From contig CM060732.1 in the NCBI GenBank assembly GCA_030704615.1, positions 70,184,001 through 70,248,000 of the forward strand: 64,000 nucleotides of DNA. Direction: 5' to 3'. This DNA is from Takakia lepidozioides (taxonomy: Eukaryota; Plantae; Bryophyta). Shown one piece after another: positions 47,126 through 57,422 of the stretch; the stretch's first letter is position 1; each line of letters opens with the position of its first letter. The position numbers were made by a program, and so were the translations under genes. Under the pieces are notes generated by a model. It ran no database searches. It had not been told where the DNA came from and saw nothing but the letters and a program-made list of their open reading frames with translations.

Positions 47126-48879
47126 GGCGCTCTGGCCAGAGCGCATCGTCGAAACCCATGGGGGTCATGGGTTCGATTCCCGGTGGGTGTGCAGGCTACA
47201 GGACCACTAGTGGGGGTGTGTAGATGACAGTCCAGTACATGGGCATATTTGGTATTCCATAAGTGTATTCTCCAGAAGTGGAAGTTCTTGTAGAATTTGA
47301 TGACTTGCTTGTGGTAAGTTAACTGCCCTGCTACCCACCTCGTGACCTTGTCGTCTACTTACCTCTTCGCATGCTCTGCTTGCCTCTTCAAAGGCAGAAC
47401 GACACACCCCCACAGGCACAGTTGGGTACTACATTGTTCGCATCATGTTGTGGTTATAAGTACAAGGGCAATGTGGCAGTTATGGCTTGTTTTTGCTTCT
47501 TCTTCTTGGGTCGTGGAGGACTGAGCTCCAGAGCCCCACGCCTCGTGAGCCTCCTGCAATGCTCACACCGGCTGTAGATCCACATGGAAAGTGCTCAAGG
47601 AGATGAGATGACATGCCACTTCCTGCACTAAGCGCACCATTGCGACGTCATTGTCGTGAAGGAGTGCTTGACGCCATCCACCGATGGAAGCCCCACGAGG
47701 CGGTGCTGCAGAAGCTGTCGATAGCGGGCTGGCTACGAGCACATGGCAAGTTTGTGAGGCCTGAGTTAACCAAGAAACATCGGCTGGAACTGAAGAGTGT
47801 TTCGAACTTTTTGACGCCGATGGTTCTGGTAACATTCTTGTCGACAACACCCAAGTTCATTTCGTGTATCTACTGAATTATATGGAGAGGGACTAGGAGA
47901 TTGGAAAATTATGTCCTGATTATTGTCAGATCTGTGTTTCATATTTTCTCATGTTGAAGCCAGCCAGTTGCAAAAATGAGGACTCCAATCTTCTTAGACA
48001 ATTTACCGGTAACCACATTTCTCTTATATGGAGGACCAGAGTGACCAATTCTGTCAAGACTGAACTTATCCCAAAACTGAAGTACACAGGATCCAAAACT
48101 TTGGGACGTCTGAGCTGAGCTTTGCTTTTGCAAGAGCATCCAAATTTGTCAAGGACCTTAGCCAAAACAGGGGGTAATGGAGTAGAATTTTCCGGTCATT
48201 GTATCTTGTAGAGGAAATGGAAGCATGGGAGGAGTGGCTGTTGTGATGCGTGCAGAATCGTCGCTGCCATCATATGTGATAGAGCACATGGATTCGGAAG
48301 TGAAGAAAGTGTTGTACAACATCCATGAGCTTGCCTCTGTACGCCGCACATCCATGGCTGGTGAACGAGATAAGGCTACCACCAATTCCAAATCTGACAT
48401 TTCTCCTATTGCTGAGAAGTCGGTGGAGAAGCCCACCACTTCTTCAGAAGACAAAGGTTGATGAAGTATCTGTATCACCATGTACAAGTCTCTAGGCATT
48501 TCCATTGCTGGACACTTAGGCTGTTTCAGACGCCTAGAATTAAAGTTCATGCGATATGATGTCTCCACTCTTTGCTGTAGTTTCAGATAGCTGACTAAAA
48601 GTGGCTGTTGTTCCACACGACATTCAGTTTCACACCCGGCTGTTTAATAGGAAAATGCCTCCCTGTTATTCACCTTGAGCAGTTAAAATTGGGTATATGC
48701 AAAACATTTTTCTCACCAAAGATCGCTACTCTTGATATGACTGCGGAGAACTTGAAAGAAGTTATTAAGACAGTCAAAGCAATGCCAAACTCAGCTTATC
48801 CTCCTCCTCGAATTGCAAACACCGACTACAAGGAGGACTTCAAAAAGCTTATCACGTTTCGGTCAATGGTAACTTTCTA
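47126..48879 (+). pseudogene. Degenerate partial duplicate of the centrin-like EF-hand gene
   Basis: 47126-47900 matches 56982-57845 and ~47920-48879 matches ~60655-61630. Lesions: ~2.8 kb internal deletion, frameshift at ~47795 (GAAGAGTG vs GAAGGAGTG), +1 A near 48456, no last exon. Confidence 0.9.
47130..47215 (+). mobile_element. tRNA-derived (SINE-like) remnant, second copy at 56982-57070
   Basis: Canonical B-box GGGTTCGATTCCC at ~47169. It sits next to the inversion breakpoint and has no complete cloverleaf. Confidence 0.45.
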
Positions 48880-50672
48880 ACCCCCTGTACTTCAATTTCG
48901 AGTTCTGCATTTTGATAACACTTTTGATCTGGGATGTTGAAAGAACACAGGCTACTTTGGATTGTTTGTGAAGTCAAATCCTCCTAATGAATAAAACTAC
49001 CAGGTATCATGCAATTCACAAGGATATCTATGAGTGGTTCGACATTCAGTTCGACAAGTTAGACGCAATGTAGGGGATTGAAATGCAGGGTCTAAGCATG
49101 GTGTTGCAGGAATTAGCTGCATAGTCTGTGCATAAGAGCAGGATGATGAACATTCAAGGATCATTGTGTTGCACCATTCACCACTTTGTATCTTCGGTGG
49201 ATCAGACTCTGGACATTGGTTGCTTGTGGAGTTTTGGAGGCATGGTAATTAATCCGTTGATATTTTCCGTATGTGCTGCAGCCTTACTGCGACACATGTC
49301 AGCGATTTCTAGCAGACAGGTTCGTGGAGGGCACGTGTCCAATGCCAGGGTGTGGTTATGAGGATGCACGTGGTGACCAGTGCGATAAGTGTGGGAAGCT
49401 GCTCAATGCTGAAGATCTTATTAACCCTCGATGCAAGGTTTCCCCCTACCACTGGCAGAGCACAAAACAGCTCTAAATCCCACAAGCTGCAAGCTTCACG
49501 TGACTATTGGGACCATATACTGCTTTTAATGAGTCTTCATGCCTACAATTCTGCTTGTGCAGATGTCTAGTTTGTTTATTGAGTTGCCGGTCAAGAGGGC
49601 ATCTGTTGCATAGTTTGGCCTCAATGGCCTCCATCGAGCTTGGGAGAAGCCCCAACCAAACCTTATCCTTGTCTCAAGACACATCTTGATACGACATAGC
49701 ATGATTATTGTAGGTTTGTGGGAACCGTCCAGTAACTCGAGAAACAGAACACTTGTTCTTGGACTTGCCCGAACTGAAGAACCAGCTGGAGGGATATGTA
49801 GCAAGTACATCCGTGGCAGGGGGCTGGAGGCAAACAACCAATGCTTGGATCCGGGATGGGCTGAAGGAGCGTTGCATCACACGTGATCTGAAGTGGGGAG
49901 TGCCTGTTCCTTTGGAAAAATACAAAGAAAAGGTGCTGTTCATTGTTATCATGGCAATGGACTTATGATGTTGAAGGCAAATTGCAGGATCAGAGGCCTA
50001 ACGCCTTGTGCATGCTAAGGAGAAAATATGTACAATGGTTTGGTTTTAACTCGTTATCTTTGTATGAACAGAGGTCCAATGCTTCCTTTCTCTCACTTGT
50101 CAGGTGGCAATGAGTGCTGATCATGTACAACACAAGCTTCTATGCACCTTCAATGCAAGGTGTACAATTCAATGTAGTTAGGGGTTGTATTTGCCAAAGG
50201 AAGAGCTGACATGACTGGACCGGTGGAGTGTCCAGGTTTTCTATGCGTGGTTTGATGCACCAATTGGATATATATCTATCGGCAAACTACACGCCAGAGT
50301 GGGAGAAGTGGTGGAAGGCTCCCAAGGATGTGGAGCTTGTGCAGTTCATGGGGAAAGATAATGTTCCGTTCCACACTGTAAGAAGAGCTTCTCCTCAAGT
50401 GGTGTGTACATAGCTGGAAGTGTCAGATAGGAAGTGTCTGTTAGAGTCACGGACTGTGTTGGGCGCAGGGTCTAATTTTTGAACCTTCAGGGTAAGATCT
50501 GCTTAAAGTTTGCTCATGTGATGGTGGCTTGTCTACATGGCCTGTTTTGGACTCTTAGGGATTGCAGTATCTGGATGTGCTTGATAGCCATAATGGCAAT
50601 TAAGTGTGGCACCACTGTGGGCACGGGGGCAAGCTTGGTGTTAGTAGGGTATTTGTGAGGCTCTAAAGACTC
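48880..50672 (+). pseudogene. Direct-orientation partial MetRS duplicate (intron 3 to intron 7)
   Basis: Matches 37238-39494. Exon 4 is truncated by a deletion, exon 6 has a 12-nt deletion (GGWRQTT vs [11 protein letters not shown]) and exon 7 a 2-nt frameshift (TCTATCGGCA vs TCTATCACGGCA). Confidence 0.92.
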
Positions 50673-51246
50673 CGTCCGCACAGGACGAGAAGGTTGGAAC
50701 AGATCAAACTATTTAACAAGTTTTAGTTGACATTATATGATCGGTTTATGTTGTTGGCTAGTGTTTGTAGCTGGGTACTGCTCATACTGGAGCTTCAGTT
50801 CAGTATTACAAGCACTAGACTCTATCTCAAACAACGTTGGATGTGTATCTATACATGACTTCCGAGACAATTGGGAATGCCAGAATATATGAACTTTATT
50901 ACCAGCGCACTGCAAGATAGCTGAAGTATTATATCACAATGTGATCAGATTCTAGCACCACTTCTGTACACATAGCGATATGTAAAGGAATCTGACTATC
51001 ACTATGGAGAGAAATGTTTCTAGTTTCTACCAGTCTATCCAGACTAGTTATTGACATCTCCATATTTCAGTTCGCCCCAAGCTCCTGACCTGCTCCTGAA
51101 CGCCATGGTCTGATTGAGGACATCATGCAAAATTCAAAATTATCAGAGTTGATTTGCATGATAATGTTGAACCCTCGTCAACAATCAGCCATAAGCAGAG
51201 TGATGAAAAAACCTGGTGTTAAGCGGGGAAGAGGAGTAAGGGCTGA

Positions 51247-51723
51247 TCAAGCATCCCAGCCTCTGTAGAATTCATATGGGGCGTTTGTGATGGCGCCCTG
51301 GGTCCACCAGAATCCTCCTTCATGGACCTCCCAAAAGCACTGTTCGCAGGATAGTGCGCGAAGATTGCTCACCGCCCCATTCCAGATCATGAATTGAGCC
51401 TTCTGATCCATGTAGGTGAAGCTACAGGTCCACGATGCCACGTGATGGAGGTCTATCGGCTGAAAGGTCCACGAATATACATATCCGTTATAGAGCCATT
51501 GCGTCCCAAGGGGAGTTTCATGCAAGCGATCAGAAATGCAGTAAACTGAGATGGTCGATCGGTTAGGCGGGCCAGGAACCATACGCATGGGCCGCATGAA
51601 CCCGTCTGCGATCTTGTTCACGATAACAATGGTCACGCTGTTGCTGTAAGGAACACCACCGTGCACATGGTTGACCATGGCTAGTAGCACCAGTACCACG
51701 CCCACACTTGAGGTTCCCTTCAT
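51247..51723 (-). CDS. Secreted S-protein homologue (SPH), copy 2, inverted
   Basis: Intact 158-aa ORF. Versus copy 1 it has ~12 amino-acid changes in the mature part and a shorter signal peptide, with all four Cys retained. The promoter/5'UTR is also duplicated (to ~52584). Confidence 0.85.
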   Translation of the reverse strand: MKGTSSVGVVLVLLAMVNHVHGGVPYSNSVTIVIVNKIADGFMRPMRMVPGPPNRSTISVYCISDRLHETPLGTQWLYNGYVYSWTFQPIDLHHVASWTCSFTYMDQKAQFMIWNGAVSNLRALSCEQCFWEVHEGGFWWTQGAITNAPYEFYRGWDA

Positions 51724-52883
51724 CTCTCTCTCCCGTCCCCCTCCTGCAATTACTCACCACCTGGACCTCCAATGATTATTTGTAGCAGTGACATCTCCTA
51801 AGCATGATTCACTATACACAGCTTAACACATTCCTGGCTACCTAATCTAACGCCCAATAATGTGTTACATGATTCCCCCAAGACTCTAAGCCGGAAAGTA
51901 TCCCTGTTGGTAACAATGGTTTCAACTGGTTACAATCAGTAACCAGTGTGGAACTGCAGCTGAATTCGATCAGACAGCTACCAATGTACATCTACACAGA
52001 TCTAGGTTGAATTGCGCAAGTTGCTTACAAAATCTTGGAGTGGATTCCTAGGCCAAAGAGAATGAAAAGAAAAGAGATAGAGAGAGAATGGAGGGAAACC
52101 TGGGCAGAATACGCCGGAACTTACTTAGATTTTCAATCGGTCTCATGAGGCTGCAGTCGTTCGGTCCTTAGAGCCTTCAAATGCGCCAAAACTCTACTGC
52201 TGGTGCCGCTCAATACTTACGCCCCGCAAGTAAAACACTGTACACAAGCTAGGAGAGAGAGGAGACGAGACGGATGGCTCATGCGCGCGCCAAGTGAAGA
52301 TGTGGGAGAGGGAGGGAGGAGTGGCATATATACACTGTGCTGTGAAGGATGGAAGGAGCCTCGGTGCTAGAGATCGTCTCAGCAGCCTCGGTGCGAGAGA
52401 GAAGGAGAGTGTTCTCTAGAAAATATATATTTAGTTTGCTGTAATGTTGAATATGATCAGTTTAGTAAGTTGGACTATTCTGCTGGGTTTATTCACAAGA
52501 GTATCCAGATGTCATCCTGAATATGCCATCCAATATTCTAGATGATGTCTTCTACCGAGATTACGCCCAAAATAGCATCGTGCTAGTCTGGTCTATATAA
52601 TGGTGGATGTATTTTCTTTCCAGACACCAGTATGAGAATGAGTATCATGCCACAATACCAGCTGGTATGAGATCAATTCTGGTATCTTTGCAAAGCCATC
52701 TTGAATTACAAGATCAAGTGAAGAAGTGATCAAGTGAAACCAAATACAAGAAATATAAAGAAGTAAATATACATAAATACAAGTATGTAGGCATATGTAT
52801 ACATAATTAATATAATACACATACAAGAGTAAATGAGGAAGACGGCGGGGGAGTACTGGTATTGAGGCTGCAATGAAAAAACT

Positions 52884-55800
52884 GAGATCACATTTAGGGC
52901 TGATAATTTTGGGTCTATTGACCATCTGATGGTCCCAAAAGAGACGAACTAAGAACGTAGATGGAAAGAGGGATTTGAGAGTACAGAATCAATACCAATG
53001 AGGTTAAGCTAACCAAGTCGTTTGCTTATCCAATCTGGCAATCAATCTGTGGCCACGCAGCCTATTCATCATTGGCGAGTAAGAAGGCTCTACACTTCTA
53101 TCTTATCAGAAGTTAAATTTAAAACTTGGTCAGGTACTGCAGACAGCAATCCTTGAGATCCGTCTGTTGTTCATCTGCCAACAGAGCCGATTCAACCCTA
53201 CCTGTTTAAACAGCATGGGCTGCAATGGGTCGAAGTCAATAGTTTCTCATCCCAACCCAGGTATGTGGAAGGAAATAGCTATATAAATGTGGCTATCATC
53301 TAAAGGGGCCAGCTTTCTCTACCATATACCCCAAGATTTGCGAAAAAATGTAGGAAGGCTATAGAGCCTATTTTATTTCTCCGTTGCAAATTGAAGCAAC
53401 CTGGCAGATGCCCCCCCATGTCGTGAAAGGCACATCTTGGTATACAGCCACACGATTATTGTTGGTATGCAAATGGGGTTGCACCAATTCCCACACTTTC
53501 TTCTTGGGATTGAGCACCTCATTTGGCTCCCCATCAAAACCTGGAAACTTCACCCTCTATCCAACAGCCGCACTATCTGGAGGGATGACTAGCTCCACCT
53601 GCATACACAAAAACCCACAGAACAAGACAAAATGCTGACAACCAGAGTCCAAGTGTGCTTTCTCATAGAGCAAGAGACTAGCACTGGTGAATCAAGAAAA
53701 CAGGGGGAACAAGGGACGTGAGGCAGGGTGAGAGATCTGTGCTGAAAGCTTTGATGCTTTGATTCAAATTCCATCAGAAAGCCAATGAAAAAAGGATTAG
53801 GACCATAACCCACTGTAATTAGGAAACACTGTTGCCTCGCACAAAGTGAAGATAAAGATGAGTGCGGTATATAACCTGCGTATGGTCACCATTGGACGCA
53901 GCCAGAACCATGGCATGTGATTTGATTCCCCGCATGGCTGCCGGTTTTAGGTTGCAAAGTACGCACACTTTCTGGTTCTGTAGCAGCAAAGCACGAGGGT
54001 TATTGAGAAAGGGTGAAGTAGACTGCAAGAAAGAAAGAGAGAAGAAAGAACTGACAGCAATATTTACCTGCAGCTTTTCCATTGGAATGAACTTAACAAG
54101 ACCGCTGACCACAGTACGGGGCACAGCCTCTCCCACATCAATTTGCTCAACATACAAAGAATCAGCATCTGGGTGCTTCTTCACTTCAGTAATCAGCCCC
54201 ACCCGTATATCCAATCTCGCAAAATCAACTGGAGCCTCTATGACTGCAGCTGGAGCCTTCTTTCCCTTGTTAGTTTCTGCATCTTTTGGCACACTTTTCC
54301 CACCCTTCTTGCCCTTGGCCTCTTTCTCAGTGACTGCTGGTGTTGAGGGACCTGGAGATGAAGAAGGCAGATTATTCAAATTGAAGATGGCATCATTTTT
54401 AAGGGGGCATAATGCCTAATATACAATTCCGTATTACAGCCGGTCTGCCTGGCTGCCTGCAAATTTCTGACGGTATCTTTCTACCTCCTCGTCTTTCTGT
54501 GTAACAACTCAAGTCATCAGTCTAGGGAAAAGCAGTTTCTGGTACTAAACATCAACTATACGCAAAACCCTCGTTCGAAAATACCATCAGGATTAACATT
54601 TCAGACTTATTCAGCTAACTTCATCGTTGTGAAGAGGTAATAATCTGTTCAAGGGTGCCAACCACCTTCTTCCAAACCTAGCCACTACAGCTGCGCGCTG
54701 AATTCCACCTCCGGCCAAACTTTCCACTTTCCATCACAGTTTACTGATCAAAAGAAAAGGTCAATGTATGCCGCAAAAGTTTTCCATGTGATCCCACAAA
54801 ATAGCCAGCTTCTTACTGGATCCCCTAGAGTGGACTACCAGCTCTTTAGCATACTGTTAATGCTGAATGTACCAAAGTTTGGTAAACAGCAGGGCAAGTG
54901 TGACAACCGACCATTTCTGAGAATAATGTCTCGGGCGTGCCAATTTGGTGGCCTGCTGGAACCAGCTCCCAAGGCCTGGTAGCTCTCATCAATTCTTCTT
55001 TTTCCTCTCTACAAGCATTGATGTTGACGGGGGCAAATTCAGCTGTGCAAATACCTGCAATAATATCCAGTATGAACCCGCTTTCAAACTACAGCTGAAT
55101 TTCAGGATTATGGCTCTTATTGGGTTACCCTGCAAAACAGCCTGGTATTTACCCCAGCACTTTCTGACTTGTATGGTCACTGCTCATAACGGTGTTGCTG
55201 TGGCCTTACAAAGTCACAATGAAGGAAAATGAGCAGATAATTCTATCAAATTTAAGTTCTTCCAACTGTGGAATGAGGTGCAGCAAGTCCATGCAACGAA
55301 TGGCCCCAACGGGAATGCACCTCTTGGGAGATTATGACGAACCGTGTGTGACAAGGAAGGCATGAATGGCTCCAGAAGGACGGTCAACAAATGCACAAGG
55401 CCCACTGATGTATTCAACACAGTTGTGCATGCGTGTGGGTCCACCTTGTACAGCTTCCAAAACTTACTATCCTGTGTCCGCCATAGCCATAGATTAGACT
55501 ACAGGTCGTGCAAAAGCATTGCATGCTCATATTTCTCCCTCATTCAGTTTGTTGATCCACCACAATTATCCTTTCCCTCTCCTTCCCTCTTTGTGTCTTA
55601 AAGCAAAGTACCCTGACTGAAGCAATGAACCTACATAAGAGAAGAGAAATATTACGTACTCTCTCTCAACGAAGACTTAATAATACACCCAAGATATTGG
55701 CTACAACCGAGTCATACTTGGAGGTAGCTATTGCCGAGGCTGGAGATATTCATTGCTGTTCTGAGGCCCGCCTTCAGCTTCAGGAGGTGGCATTTAATCA

Positions 55801-56981
55801 CACTGTAGAGATCCCAGTAAATAATAGATACTGAAGGTTATTACTGACCATGCTCTCTGCTACAGGCAACATACACACTTACCCACAAATGCAAATATTT
55901 CAATTTCAGTTTCTCATTTGAAGTAAATTGAAATGTCAAAGTCTTCAGTAAATCCATACAAACCAACACTATTCCTGGAGAGGAGAGAATTACCTTTTCC
56001 ATTGCTTCAATGTACTCTATGACAGTTTCGCCAACTTTTTGCCGAAGGCTGCTGTCAGCTCATGCGCCTCAGCACCATTGTCTTCTAGAACCACCCGCTG
56101 TAGCCTCCTTCCCCTGAATTTTCCACATAAATAATACTCACAAGTGTTGGTATCTGAGGAATGTCACCCAAAGTGCAGAGAGATGTTCTAAAGAGATTTC
56201 CGCGAGGGTCTGTGGTACAAACACAACCTTTCAAAAAGCCATCGCAGAGAAGTACTTGCCATAGTACAACAACGTGACGTGGATGAACAAAGCACGAATT
56301 GTGAGGAAGAAACCTGTTGGATTAGCAAGAAAAGAGAGGGTCCGATGAATGAAGTTCCCCAGGTTGTTCAACAACTCATTGTTCTGTTTTGCCTGTAAAT
56401 CTGCCCAAGTGAACAGGGTGTCTGACACCTACAGCCCGCACCCATGCTTTCTGTTTCAGCCAAGTGAACAGGTATGCTTTTTCTCAATCACTTTGACTCT
56501 CTCCCCTACATGGCCCATTCTCCAATCTCAACAAACAGACCTATATGGCATGAATGTCTTGGTTCCAAGCACCTAACTAACACTTATAGAGTACTCTAAG
56601 ATGGCGGTACCCCTGGACGATTGCTAAGGAGATAATTAAGCCACACTTCCACAGGAGTGCTTGTTGTCTTCACATCAACACCTCTGCTCTTTGAAAACTT
56701 GCCTGCAAGCCCCTGAGACCCAGGTTACAAATGCAAAATAAAATTTGTCAACCATGGAGACTACACATGCACCTGTATCTGGGTCAGCTCCGCTTGACAA
56801 GGTGAAAAGCACATATCTATCAATCCCCAAGCTTCAATATGAAGAATTTTTTTACATGGCAAGATGTGAAGCAGTGAGGTATTCAGTGACACTGATTGTC
56901 CTCATCAAGGTCCAGGGCTCACCCGTGCCCAACGGCGCGCACGGAAAAATAACCTGCAAACCCCAGTGCACAACAAATAGA
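52884..56981 (-). pseudogene. Inverted partial MetRS duplicate (exon 8 to 3' flank)
   Basis: Reverse complement of ~39497-44038. Deletions in exons 8, 9 and 15, frameshifts in exons 11 and 14, and a GAG>TAG stop in the last exon (~53558). Confidence 0.92.
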
Positions 56982-57422
56982 GCTCTGGCCAGAGCGCATC
57001 GTCGAAACCAATGGGGGTCATGGGTTCGATTCCCGGTGGGTGTGCAGGCTACAGGACCACTAGTGGGGGTATTCTCCAGAAGTGGAAGTTCTTGTAGAAT
57101 TTGATGACTTGCTTGTGGCAAGTTAACTGCCCTGCTACCCACCTCGTGACCTTGTCGTCTACTTACCTCTTCGCATGCTCTGCTCGCCTCTTCAAAGGCA
57201 GAACGACACACCCCCACAGGCACAGTTGGGTACTACATTGTTCGCATCATGTTGTGGTTATAAGTACAAGGGGCAATGTGGCAGTTATGAGTTGTTTTTG
57301 CTTCTTCTTCTTGGGTCGTGGAGGACTGAGCTCCAGAGCCCCACGCCTCGTGAGCCTCCTGCAATACTCACACCGGCTGTAGATCCACATGGAAAGTGTG
57401 TGGCACAAGGAGATTGGATGAC

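Noticed and set aside
47130-47215. Functional tRNA gene (also 14920-14975, 27170-27240, 56982-57070)
   Set aside because: B-box-like motifs are present, but I could not build acceptor, D and anticodon stems.
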